Shown: positions 36,729-48,796, counted from the whole stretch's first letter. The stretch is 57,479 bases of DNA, filler included, from Circinaria calcarea (GCA_051942165.1; 7 parts of 7 records of this genome joined end to end with filler, not necessarily neighbours in it); one strand, 5' to 3'. The notes: generated from the sequence alone by a model not told the origin. Numbers and translations are program-made.

Positions 36729-39700
36729 TCAAGAGGTCCCGACGCAGTAGTAATACCCTGCCCAGAAGTTTGCATCACATCCAGTACCATCATTCCCCAG
36801 TACCGCATTCCAGGTATACAGCTGCATAGTCGTGATATTATTATTCTGTGCAAAGATATAGCAATAGTCTCCAGCGACAGTAAGGGTGTATTTGTTACAG
36901 CTGCTGATGATACTATTCGGCTGCGTGGGGCTCGGCGCTGGAGCGGCACTTGAAGTGCTTGTGACGGCCAAGCTGGTGGGCCTCGTGGGATTATTTTCGC
37001 TCGTGCCAACGCAGTACGCATAATCCTTCCAGAGGCCATTGCACTGGGCGTCGACGGCCGGATTCCTGGAATTGGGTTAGCACTGGCATGATCAGGGCAA
37101 GACTCCTAGCATTTGTTACCATGCACGGAATTGCATATCGGAAACCAGATAGGTGGTCTCGATTGACACACAAGTATCGCCGACTATAAGCAGGTCAGCG
37201 TCTATGCTTGGGGTCGTAAATTTCATGACGCAGAAAAGATGGAGCAGGGTAGGATCAATTTAAACCCCTTGATGGTGCGAGAAGTGTAGAGACCCGGTTT
37301 GAGGTAAGAATCGTTCGGAAACTTTGAAAAAAATCCTTATCCAACTAAATGGGCTTACCTTGCGCGATGTACCATTCTACGCAATTAGTTGGTTGACCGG
37401 TCTGAGTCGGACCAGGCGCAGAAACCTGGCCCGTTGGAAAGCTTGTGGCGGAGATTGAGCCCGACGGCGACATTGGAGTTGCAGTGATGGTAGTGGTGGC
37501 TGATAGGGTCGAACTTGTTGCGTTGCTATTGGTGGAGTTGGTAATGCTGATGCAATATTGATAGCCTACAGATATCTCTGATAAGAATCCTGATGGATAG
37601 GACGGGGAGCCTTCGCCTAAAAAGCAAGCGAAACGTAAGATATACGCACCAAGCCACAGGTTAGAGCAGTCGGCTCCAACAGCAGAATTCCTGAGGCTAT
37701 ATCAGCTCCCAATATTCGTACAACTCGTGTAAATATACATACCAGGCATAGAATTGTGAAATAGTGATTTGGTACCAATCGAGGATTCTCTGACAATTAT
37801 CTCCTGTAACTACAGGAGCATACTCGGTACAGCTCGCTATCGCACCATCCTAGTAATTTTCAGCGTTTGCTGTTAGCTAAGAGTGTAAAAGGCTGCAGAT
37901 GTGAAAGTGGTAGATTTATGATCTGGTATTTGGCCTGGGGAACTGGCTTCCTGGGCTGGCGATCTCTGGACTTCTCCTAACAAATGAAGATAGCTCGAGA
38001 TTTCTCTCATATTAATTTTCTATTCACTAACTGATCCCACTTTGTGCCAATTTAGGGAAAGATAGACGTACTCTAATGGGAAGCAGATCTTCCGCTGGGT
38101 ACTGCTTTGGTTGCACTGCTGTCACGTCGTACGAAGAAAGACAGTATCGATATCTCGTATCTGGTTGACATGAGGTTGAGTTGGTTTCTAATGACGGATT
38201 CCTGCATGTATTAGAAAAGTGCTCCCCGCGGGAAGTAGTCCATATACCAAACCCCAAGTTCTTCCGGTGTAATACCGTAGCCTATGATGAGAGCTTCACA
38301 CACGGATCTGTAGAACATCCCAGAAATATCGATTTGTAAATCTGAGCCATCGATATAGAGGAAACAATCAGTTCGAGTGCCATTGGCAAGCGGTTTCGGC
38401 TCCGTAAAATTGAGCGGCGGTGGCTTATAGGTTGCCGTGGGGAAGCTGCTGTATGGTACGTTACTATAGGAGGAAGTAGGGGGGATGTATCCTGAGTGAC
38501 CGGGGTAATCATTGACTGTTTAATACTTAGTACAGTAATATCAAGGTTCTGATACGGCCAACGTACTGCTCCCGACTGGTTTAACGCAATAACTTTCAAG
38601 CGCGAAGAGATTTGTACAGCTTAAGTAGTATTAGCAGGGTAATTGCACTCGCTTTCGGGAATCTTTGTACTTTGAATTGATCTCAGGATTGAGTAATACA
38701 AAGTCTTCGAGAGAAATGCCGAATTTCAAAACAAGCAAATTACAAAAGTCCCCAGGCACAGCTTGGTAATACTGCCCGCATTTTGTATTGGTGCCATTGG
38801 CAATGTCCGTTGGAGCTGGCGCAGCAGTTGTAAGGATTGTCACAGGCGCGAAAGTGGTAGTCGGTTCCTGATACGGTGTCCCTGGCAGACCAACGCAAAT
38901 CTGGTCGCCAACAGATTTACCAATGTTGCTGCATTTCGGGTCGAGTACAGGATTCCCTGAAAATGAGTTAGACACGATTTGAAAAGAGCGTGATTCACAT
39001 ACAGCTGAGAATCTGGGACCACGTAGTATTAGAAGCCTGAGCGATAGTTGTGCAAGTATCGTTCTGCTGTACTGTGTAGATCTTGCACGTGTTTTGAATG
39101 CAAAGAGTGCCATTCTGAGGAAAGTCTGAGCAATACGCCGAGAGTGCATTGTCCTGCAACAGCCATGCAGTACCAATGCTATTTGCAATTGAAATAGAAC
39201 GGCAGCTGTCACTAGGCTGGACAGCGAGAGTTTTACCAGTACAGCTCGACGTGGGACTTGGACTTGGACTTGGCGATCCACTACCATCAAGATGAGATTA
39301 GCTGTTACGTTCAATATAGCCTCCCTTCTTTCCACAGATCGCCTGCCTTGCACGACAATTAAGACATTATGAATCCTAAGACTAGTTCGGCTTGTCAAGA
39401 AGGAAATAGCCTATAGTATTGAATACAAAATCTATATGGATGGAGTGCAATGCTGTTAAGTACCACGAGCAGATTATATACTTTTTATAACAGACGTGTC
39501 TGCTATCAAATTGATGTATTGGATAGGGGTAACAGAGGTAAAATAGGCTGCAACAATAGCAAACGGCCTTGCAGTGGTGAATAAGACCGAAAAAGACAAA
39601 TAGTCGCAAGCGCCAAAGATTTGAGGGAATTTCAGAAGCTTGATGTATTTCAATTTGAAAAAAACATGGGCTTACGTATTAATGGTAAAAGTAAACGAGG

Positions 39701-40522
39701 ATGTGGCAAGTGGAAATTCAGTCTTGGAGCAACTGGACGTCAATGAGCTATATTGAGAGGATATACGCGGCCCACCATAGAACGGTGAGCCTGCTTGGAG
39801 CTGCATAGCTTTAACGAAACAATTATCGCAAGGGTTGATTGCCTGGCCGGTGATCTGGATTTCGTTCCCTTAACAGACGTAAGCATTTCCGCGGGTTGTC
39901 AAGCGCGTTCTTGCCTGTCAAAACTCCACTGCGCGCAGATATACATAAGAGAGTGGGACAACAATGCCATCGAAATTGGGTCAAGATATGAAACAAGTAG
40001 TACGCAGTATTCAATCACTAGGCCCAAAATATAATATAGATTATATACCGAAAAAAAGACTGATTAGGAAATGCACAACGTACCAAGCGATTGTGGCGAG
40101 CTCGGATCTTGGGCTATTGCAGCCTGATATGCAATATTATTGCAGAAGCGGCCTCCGTCCGTCAGACATGAGCGGTTGTAATTATATCGCAGCAAGCTCG
40201 GAATGAAGGAGACTGGCAAAGTGCGTGAAGCGGAGTTGTTATACACTTGCTGCGAGCAAGCAGACTCGACCTTTGATTGATAGGAGCTAAGAGCAAGGTC
40301 ACAGTCTCTCCCGCATACCTTCGTCAACGCAGCCGATGAAAAGTATCCACCCGGGCGAAATCTGGTGATGTATTTATCGCATGCAATGTCCGCAGTCAGA
40401 GCTCCAGCGCAAGTGTCTGTCAATTTATCAGAGGGTAAAGAACTGTTGGCAACATACTGCATGCACTGCACTTGGGAGAAGGAAAAGATCAAAAGAAGGT
40501 GGAGAATCCGAAAGTAGGGCAT
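36729..40522 (-). CDS. Secreted multi-LysM (CBM50) protein, about 7 LysM repeats, many introns
   Basis: Signal peptide MPYFRILHLLLIFSFSQVQC and a Cys-rich N-domain. LysM-like units begin CTGKTLAVQPSDSC, CKIYTVQQNDTC, CGQYYQAVPGDFC, a degenerate CFLYIDG..WNPSL, CTEYAPVVTGDNC, CVEWYIAQ..GDTC and CNKYTLTVAGDYC; most have WN(P)..C..L..Y.YCV ends. Confidence 0.85.
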
Positions 40523-40868
40523 GTTGAAATTACGAAGGTAGATGGAAAACGAGTGAAGCGCACGAAAGGCGTGGGAACGAAGAGACAGAGAGAGGGGGGG
40601 CTCGAAGAGCGCTTTCAAAGAAAGTTGTTCATCAGAAGCAAAGAGTGGAAGGGAATCATCGACTACCACTGATAGTTGCCGTCCGTAGAGAAAAGGGGGT
40701 TGGCGAAGGAGCAGCAAGGGAAATGAGGAAATCCTTGGCAACCAATGGATCGATCTACCGATCTCAAATCGGTAGAATAGCCGGCTGTGCTGACAGCCAA
40801 GTCTCGTCAGGCCAGCCATCCAGTAAAATCTGCTTCATATACCCCAATTGAGGTATTTCGATTAATAT

Positions 40869-41033
40869 ATCCCCACTATCATGCAGGGCACGGGAGAGAC
40901 TTGGTAGATCCCCCGACTGTTATGCAGGGCATAGGAGAGAGTTAGACTACCTTAGGTAGGTACCTTAGATATCGATACAAATTTTAAATCCCCGACTGCC
41001 ATGCAGGGTGCAGGAGAGAGTCAGACTACCTTA
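40869..41033. repeat. Three imperfect direct repeats (~32-47 bp) at the contig end
   Basis: ATCCCC(G)ACTRYYATGCAGGGYRYRGGAGAGA at 40869, 40908 and 40988; copies 2 and 3 extend with GTYAGACTACCTTA. Confidence 0.8.
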
Positions 41034-41036
41034 CCT

Positions 41037-41136
41037 NNNNNNNNNNNNNNNNNNNNNNNNNNNNNNNNNNNNNNNNNNNNTTAATTAATTAANNNNNNNN
41101 NNNNNNNNNNNNNNNNNNNNNNNNNNNNNNNNNNNN
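41037..41136. other. Artificial contig linker
   Basis: N44-TTAATTAATTAA-N44. Confidence 0.98.
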
Positions 41137-41836
41137 CTCTCCCCCCTCCTCCTCCGCTACATCGCCGGCCCCCAATGGTCCGCCACCTCGGCCGGCGCCG
41201 TCCTCGCCCTCTACTGCTACTACATCCCCCTCCTCGCCACCAACGGCATCCTCGAAGCTTTCGTCTCCTCGGTCGCCACGCCGTCGCAGCTGCGTCGGCA
41301 ATCGCTGTGGATGTTTGCCTTCAGCGCCGGGTTCGCGGGGAGCGGCTATGTGGCGCTGAGGGCCTATGATCTGGGCGCCAAGGGCCTGGTGCTGGCGAAT
41401 GCCGTGAACATGGGGATGCGCATCCTGTGGAGCTGGGCCTTTGTGAAGGGGTACTTTCGAGGACGGGGCGTGGATCTGGGTGTCCGGGGCGTGTTACCGA
41501 GCGTGGGCACTGTGACGGTGGGGATCGGAGCCGCGTCGTATCTGGGCGCGGTGAGTGGCTTTCGCGAGGGCTTGGGGGATGTCGTGAAAACGGCAGCGGT
41601 CGGGGGACTCTACGGGTTGGTGCTGTGAGTGATGACTCCTTAAGAAGGGAGGGGGGTTCCGTACCCCTGGCTGCATAAATCATCGCTGATCATCAAGTAC
41701 CTGCAGACTCTTCTTCGAACGAGACTTCCTCCATCAGTGCTACCGGATGCTTCGTCCGCCATCTGCGCCCGGAATTGCAGTTGCACGATTAGAAGGAGGA
41801 AAGGAATCGCTTGGACGAATCGGGGTGGAGAAATAG
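41137..41836 (+). CDS. RFT1: Oligosaccharide translocation protein Rft1, 3' part
   Basis: YCYYIPLLATNGILEAFVSSVA and GAKGLVLANAVNMGMRILWS; intron ~41625-41706, then LFFERDFL...EK*. Confidence 0.9.
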
Positions 41837-42083
41837 ATTTCCATAGAAACCTCCTTTCCAGCTATCTATATGCACTCTAAATATTTCTAACCCTTTCCAC
41901 TCTACTTTTACTTCTCTCCTTTTTTTTCTCCGGTAAGAGAAGATGATGCAACCGCTCTATTCTATCGTCTCGTGCTTCAGTTGACCCAGCATCTGCGACT
42001 ATGTGAACCTGGTATACATGGAACCCCAATCAACCTCTTATCCATGACCATCAAAATCAGCATGAGCATAAGCACACGGGACC

Positions 42084-44167
42084 TTAATCCTCAAACTTAA
42101 TCTTCGTCGCGGCCTTGGAGTTCTCCGTTTCCTTGTAGAAAGCGCCGTACGCGTCGTGACCCTTTTTCTTGACCGTCGTGCCAAACTTCAACAGCTCGTC
42201 CGGAACGGGCTGCCCGGCGGCCTTGAGCACGTTGATCAGCGAGCCGGATTGCGCTTTGTCGTGATCGGTAAAGAGGGTGATGGCTAGACCCTCGGCACCA
42301 GCTCGTCCGGTTCTGCCAGATTGGTTAGTTCTGCGGTGTGGCATCTCCTAGGAGTGGGCTTTAGAAAGGATAGGCCATACCTTCCAATCCTGTGCACATA
42401 GTCCTCGACGGTCAACGGGAAGGTGACATTGATGACCACCTTTACGGCTGGGATATCCAATCCTCTCGCCGCTACGTCCGTTGCCACTAGTAACGGACAA
42501 CCCCCATCCCGCTTGAAAGCTTCCAAACTACTTGTCCGCTTCTCTTGGCTCAAGTCCCCGTGGATCCCCGCTACCCTCAAGCCCTTCGACCGTAGGAACC
42601 CTTCTACACGCGTGGCTTCTTTCTTGTAAAGGCAGAACACCAAGATGCGGTCATCTTTTGCCTTGCCGGACTGGTACTGCTTAATTAATTGCAATAGCCT
42701 CATTTCCTTGGACCGAGGATCCACTACTTCCACTTTTTGTACGATGCGCGTGTTTGCACGGAGTTCACCAGTCGGATTGTCACCGATGGCGATTTTGACC
42801 GGAGAGCGCATGAATGTGGCGGCAAGGTCGCGGACCGAAGCTGGCCAGGTGGCAGTGAACATCAGGGTTTGTCTTCCAAGGCCGTTGGAGGGTGAAGGGG
42901 TTGTGGAAATGATTTTTCGGATATCCTCCTCGAAGCCTTTGTCCAGCATGCGATCTGCTTCATCGAGGACGAGGTATCGGACATTACTAAGGTCTGCGGC
43001 GCCTTCGTTGATGAGGTCGTTAAGCCGACCAGGAGTTGCCACGACGATGTGAGAGGACATCAGTGCGAGTCGTTGTGCATCCTTGGGGACGCCACCATAG
43101 ACACAGACGGCTTGGAGACCAGCCGGTTTGGCGAGTTGAAGGATCTGTTCATATATTTGCACGGCGAGTTCGCGAGTTGGGGAAACGATCACCGCTCGCG
43201 CTGAACTTGTTTTCTTTGGTTGAGGCGGTAGGGAAGAGATATAACGGATACACGGGACACCGAAGGCAAGTGTTTTCCCAGAACCAGTCTCAGCAACGCC
43301 AATCACATCTCGCCCAGAAAATAAGAAAGGCCAGGCAGCGGACTGAATGGGTGTTGGGCTTTTAAAGGAAGCAAAAGGGGAAACTCCGGCGCCTGCGCGG
43401 GTGGAAGCCGGCAGCTGAGAAAAGGAGATTATGGGTCGAAGGTGCTCTGATGTTGTAGGGTCGGTGATGGTGATGAAACTCGATGAGAGAAATGAATCGA
43501 TTTCGGATTGAGGAAGTGCTGTAAGGGCCGGATCTTCCTTGTAGTTTGTAGAAGATCCTTTGACAGGTACGTTATGAGATGACGAATGGCCATTGGCCTC
43601 TGAATCCTGCTCTCTGTCAGTTCCAAGGCTCTCTGACAATCTCAACGCATTTCGCCTTGGCTTTTTAGCAGCCTCTACAGCGTTTTTCTCTAAAGCTCTC
43701 TGCGCCTTCAATTCTGTCCTCTTTGCTTCTTTAGTAGCCTTCGTATCAGCTGCGTCCGTACCAGCAGTATTCGTGATGTCCTTCCCCTCGATAATCCCTT
43801 CGCCAAGTTCCTCAGTGGCAGGAGCATTCTTATTGTCAATTTTATCAGCCTCCCCATTCAATCCATTTTGCTCGGCGTTTCTCGAGACTTTCAGTCTTGC
43901 CCTTTCCGCCTTTCTCGCTGCCTTTGAGACAGCCTTGCCAACATTGTCGCTCGTTTTGACTTCAGACTCCCTGCTCTCACTGTCTTGTAGCTTCTTTAGT
44001 TTCTTCTGCTCTCGCCGTTCCTCTTTGGACTGCTCAGTTTTCTCGGCGTCATCGGCCGCAGACGTTGCTGGCCTATGCTTAGCCTTACGCTTTTTGTTCT
44101 CTAACCTGTTCACAACACCGTTGTGTGGACCGGCCAACGCAGCTTCTTCTATTTGTCTCTTGCCCAT
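42084..44167 (-). CDS. DBP3: ATP-dependent DEAD-box RNA helicase Dbp3
   Basis: Lys/Glu-rich N-terminus, [34 protein letters not shown] across one intron, and a Dbp3-type C-terminus [23 protein letters not shown]. Confidence 0.95.
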
Positions 44168-44500
44168 TTTTGTAATTTGCGCCAAAATTTTCCCTGAAAA
44201 GTTTCGACACAGATGCCGGTGGTGTTCATGTGGCAGGTTTGCCGAGTACAGCCCTGATCCCAACTTTACCTCGAGGGAACTCTTTGTTCAACATTTGTAC
44301 CTTCATCAATTATTCTAAATTGCTCATACCGTCTCAACAGAATGTCTGTACTATACGGGCCCTCGCTTTGCATACACTTGCTCTCAGCGTTCTTCGCTCT
44401 AGTTTTAGTTCAAAACCGTCTTGATCAAACGTAGTAGATCACTGATACATGTTTGAAATCTTTGGGTAAATATCTATAGAGATACTTCAATGGTAACATT

Positions 44501-45680
44501 CTAACCTATCGTACATATTATTTTGCCTTTGGTCTTGTTCGACTCCATCAACTTGTGCGCTTGCACAATCTCCTCCCAAGGGAACACCTTTTCTATAAAC
44601 AGCTTGAAGGAGCCGTCCTTCATCTTTGGCAGGGCGTGCTCCACGAGGGTGTTTCTTAGTTTCGCCTGGTAATCCTCGTCTCGACTTCTCAAACTGCTGC
44701 CTTCGTACCTTAACCTTTTTAGCACGAATGCCCTGATGTCCACTCCTTCTGGTAATCTGGTGCCGCTCATAAGGCCTAGATTTACTATGCGCCCGTCTCT
44801 GGCTGCCACATCGAGGTTGCTTTGAAAGTAACTTGGGCCAATGAAGTCGACGACCACATCTACCCCCTTTCCATCGGTAGCCTTCAGTATCTCCTTCGAC
44901 CAATCTTGAGTGTGGTAGTTGAAGGCGGCGGTGGCCCCTAGTTCCTTGACACAAAAGTCGATTTTCTCTTGAGATCCAGCTGTAGCATAGATGGCGGCTG
45001 CGTTGTCAGCTCGGGAAAGTTGTATGCCTGCTATCGAGACCGAAGAGGCACCTGCATGCCACAGGATGGATTTTCCGGGGGTGAATTCCCCAACGAGATA
45101 CATGGCTTGCGTAGCTGTTATCCAGGTCTAGTCGATCAACATGAGCGTACTCTTAATACTACTGGGTAATAGCTGAACAGACAGTACCTCCGGAATACCA
45201 GCGGCTTCTTCCCACGACAGCTCCTTGGGTTTGTGAATTAGCATATGCGTCGATACGGCGATATATTCCGCGTAGGCCCCTGTCGAATGTCAGTTCAGTC
45301 GACTTGACTAAGCATGGCAGAACCAAGCCCTGACCTCCATAGGCCAAACCAAACACTTCGTCCCCCACTTTGAAGCCCTTCTCCGACTCTTCTGCCTCGC
45401 TCTCAATCGTGCCCGAGAATTCTACCCCTAGTGTTTTTGGCGCTTGAGGGGGAAGGGGATAGTGCCCTTCTCGTTGTAGGAGATCCATCCGGTTGAGGCC
45501 GAAGGCTTTGATCTTGACGATTGCCTCGGAAGCCTTGGCTTTGGGCTTAGGGATCTGGTTGATAAAGAGAGCGTCTGCATTGCCTGCACCGTTCTTGATG
45601 TCTGATTGCAGCCCGCGTCAGTATGAAGCTCTCTCCGGGTAAGCCGTTTACCTGCCGATAGCGCGCATCTTTTCCGCCAT
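44501..45680 (-). CDS. NADPH:quinone oxidoreductase, zeta-crystallin/PIG3-like MDR family (4 exons)
   Basis: MRAI/DIKNG, KAFGLNRMDLLQREGHYP, LGVEFSG, GLAYGG/AYAEY, IPE/TWITA, HAGASSV and MESNKTKGKII. Confidence 0.92.
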
Positions 45681-46375
45681 TGGGAAGGTCCTTTGCTCAG
45701 ATGTGATGGATGACAGTCAGGCGAAGTACATTTGTATTATCTGGGTGATTGGTGACGCTCTGAACCTTGTCAGTCGATGAAGCCCACGAACGACAGCTCG
45801 GACCATCACTTCTGGAGCTGAACTGAAAAGCTTCGGGATTCTGTTGATGAATAATCCATCGACTGCCTGCGCGACTGATAACTGAAGTCCGCAGTGCGTG
45901 GTTAGCTTCTCGTGTGCCAGTCACGTGAAGTATCTACTCCGTATGGTACGGAGCACAAGTAACTCGAGAACTGCGGGGCACCTTCGCCCTACCGGTTTTG
46001 GAACTCGCACATACGAAACGTTGCCCGAAAATAAAGAATACCATACTCTGTAGAAATAATGAGTCCAACCATCGACAATCCTATTCAACACCTCGTGACA
46101 CTATATGTACAGCTTGGTCCCAAAGTACCGGTGCATCCAACCGAGAAGGCATCCGGGCTTGCAAGACGAGGCTTGGGACGAGGCTGACTATTGTATGTTT
46201 GAGCCTTGTGGATCTTCCTCGATTGTGTCCTTGGCTAAGCCTGTCTCCGACAAGTCTCTTTCTCTTTCGCCTTCAGCGTTCGGATTTCCTGAGTAAGCGG
46301 CGGCTCACTATCGTTCATGTATTCTTTCCTTATGTTCCTGGTATCATTCTAGCATCCTCAATCGGTGTACCGTCC

Positions 46376-46801
46376 ATGGCACAGTCAAAGCTCCGACAAT
46401 TCCAGCCCTTCTCATCAAGTCTTCCCAAGAGAGATACATTGAGACAGGCTTTCGCCTCGGATATCCTGATCGAGTTGGGGAAACAATCCCATCCACTCTG
46501 GGGTGATACTAAGCTCGTTTCCCTCCTCGCTTCCGCCAACGGGGATTCAGTTCAGCCCACTATTTTAGCGAAAACTGATAAAGGATTCTTCCAAGCCGGT
46601 GAGGAATGGACTACCTATCGGCGAAACTACTTCTCGATAACATGCAGCTTTACACTCGAGCCAGAGGCTTCTGGCCCCCTTTATCTTTTTCGAGAAAAGG
46701 GTGAAGACAGCCAACGGGTCCTTAATTTCGCCATGGTAATATCTGCTGGGCATGGTACTGCCGAGGACAAACTTGAACCTGTGGAATTGATATCCAGATA
46801 G
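46376..46801 (+). pseudogene. Truncated NDT80/PhoG-like DNA-binding domain fragment
   Basis: DKGFFQAGEEWTTYRRNYFSITCSFTL matches the Ndt80-family signature. The frame stops at VELISR*, where the family normally continues with ELVQHTPKRDKGP. Confidence 0.7.
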
Positions 46802-46932
46802 TATTTTGGCAGCTTTTTGATTTTCCATTCCTTCTCCGAGCGCTCTGAAAAATGCTACAGAAGAGGTCCCACCCGACCCTAGTGACTCTGGGCCACTTTC
46901 CGATCACGCTCGCGGGAACGCGTTTGGCTAGT

Positions 46933-48348
46933 TCAGCTGGACTCTTTCGGTGCAACAATGTACGAACCGAGTCGATGGATCCAAACCTTCCCTTTGCATT
47001 GCTCCTCAAAGCCCTCTTGTGCTTTCCTTGTCTGAAATACCCATTGTATCGCTCTCTTCTTCTCCCCCGAAATTGAGATTGTCAGAACGTCATCCTCCTT
47101 GATTGTGTTGAAGTCTTTCATGCCCACGAATTTTCTGTCTTTCCCTGATGCAATATGACCTATGAGGAGGTCTTTGTCCTCGTATTCTGCAACGTCTTTA
47201 GGGAGATAACGCCCGTTACGGCAATGCCAAACTACATTTTTCCATGCAGGAGAAAACCAGAGGTACCCTGTATTTAGACCCTTAACCAAGGTTTCTGGAA
47301 CTGCCACCTGAATAATTGCAATCTCCGTGATTGGGAACTTGTGTTTTGCCCATTGAGCATATCTGTCGGCTGTTTCTTTTTGAGGTGTCCAATACGCCGC
47401 TCTCTTTATACCGTTAAAATCCCCAGGTATACAATAGACGGCCGATAGGTTGATTATGTGGTTTATTTCGTCGTAAAACTCTTCACTTTTGATTCTTGAT
47501 CCTGCACGCCAGATCATGGTATGCAGATTCATAGCACTGGGCGGGCCGAGGGTAGTCGCAACATTTGCACTGGGAGTGCCCTTTTCGTGTATGCTAGGAA
47601 TAATGGAAGGAGTCTGGCCCGTCGTGGGGTTGGGTGTGGGGGGGGCTGGGGTTGATATGACGTCCAGACCTGGGTGTGCGGTGTTTATCAATGGTTTCCG
47701 GCCCGAGGGACTGGCGAGAGCTGGCCTTTGCGAATGGCCCTTTTGACTTATTCTGTGACGGTGTGCCCAGACTTCATCTTGCCTCATCCGTTCGTTTAGG
47801 TTCACAAGAGTGTCATATCTCGTCTGTATAGCATCCAGTAACCAGAACTTACAGGTTGCGGTGAACCTAATATCCTCAAATTCCGTAAGAAGAATCGCCT
47901 GCTTTAGTTGATCGTCTATCCCAATATCTTCCATGCAGGATTTCCAATCGTCAGAACTCGAATGAGCATCTGTTATGCCCGGTTCTTCCACCGCCCATTG
48001 CGCCACATCCAGAAAGTCGGCATCCATGCCCTCAGGTTGAAAACAATATCTCTTCCAAAGATCGTCTGCCTTCGCTTTCGTGAAACCTAAAAACATGTAA
48101 GTCTCCATGCTCTGGAGATTTACCGGTATTTCAACTTGAGGCAGTTCTTCGGTGAGAGAGGTGGCTTCGAAGATTGAGTTGTTGGATAGAGAAGATTCTG
48201 CCGATGTTACACGCGAAGACGGGGGCGATATGGTTGAGGTTGATATTTTCCGTTTGTTGCCCGCGATAGGGGAGAATAGCCCATTACTCTCATAATATTG
48301 CGCTATCTCCTCTGAAAACACTCGAACCTCCGCATTCAAGACAGCCAT
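46933..48348 (-). CDS. Intronless 471-aa protein: helical N-domain, Pro/Thr linker and C-terminal DUF3990-like (ADP-ribosyltransferase-fold) domain
   Basis: Uninterrupted ATG-initiated ORF. C-terminal motif order: IWRAG, GDFNG..AAYWTPQKETADRYAQWA, AWKNVVWHCR, DLLIGHIAS, AIQWVFQTRKA. The ORF is solid; the domain call is by eye. Confidence 0.7.
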   Translation of the reverse strand: MAVLNAEVRVFSEEIAQYYESNGLFSPIAGNKRKISTSTISPPSSRVTSAESSLSNNSIFEATSLTEELPQVEIPVNLQSMETYMFLGFTKAKADDLWKRYCFQPEGMDADFLDVAQWAVEEPGITDAHSSSDDWKSCMEDIGIDDQLKQAILLTEFEDIRFTATCKFWLLDAIQTRYDTLVNLNERMRQDEVWAHRHRISQKGHSQRPALASPSGRKPLINTAHPGLDVISTPAPPTPNPTTGQTPSIIPSIHEKGTPSANVATTLGPPSAMNLHTMIWRAGSRIKSEEFYDEINHIINLSAVYCIPGDFNGIKRAAYWTPQKETADRYAQWAKHKFPITEIAIIQVAVPETLVKGLNTGYLWFSPAWKNVVWHCRNGRYLPKDVAEYEDKDLLIGHIASGKDRKFVGMKDFNTIKEDDVLTISISGEKKRAIQWVFQTRKAQEGFEEQCKGKVWIHRLGSYIVAPKESS

Positions 48349-48499
48349 GGTATTGGAGCGGTTAGGTGTGGTGACGTGGTCAACTGAGATGAAGCACTGT
48401 GTTTGTAACTGAAGGCACTATTCTCAATACCCCAGGCGTTTTTAACAAAGCCCCAGGTCTCAGCGGGGCCCGTATTACACCGATCCGAGTATTACGTAA

Positions 48500-48796
48500 T
48501 TACGAGTCAATCTTAACCATAGCATCCATCAAAACCCGAACCCGGGCACTTTGCATATTGGCTGGCAAGCTCATGGGTGGGGCATCCAGATCATCGAGGG
48601 CCCAAACGAGAGAGCGGTCCTCTGGCTGACTGGCGGGATCGTACTGGTGAGTCTGGCCGCGGCGCTTCTGTGGGCTTTCCTAAAAGGAGATGTCCAAGGG
48701 GCGTTTGGGATTGGGGGTTTTATCGTAGCGTCGGCGAGTATGTTGATGTTTGCGTTTTTCAACTATCATCTCGCACGACCAGTGACGAAATCATGA
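48500..48796 (+). pseudogene. Orphan C-terminal two-TM segment of a fungal protein family; no start codon
   Basis: GWGIQIIEGPN..TM..W..KGDVQGAFGIGGFI..TM, a tail normally found at the end of much longer fungal proteins. An in-frame stop lies just upstream and there is no ATG before the motif. Confidence 0.55.

Noticed and set aside
40869..41033. Repeat-spacer pattern suggestive of a CRISPR array
   Set aside because: Only three divergent copies with irregular spacing, in a eukaryotic context with no cas genes.
43593..44318. 241-aa antisense ORF over DBP3 (similar ones occur over PTC1, NDE1 and GH17)
   Set aside because: Shadow ORFs produced by codon bias of the sense gene.
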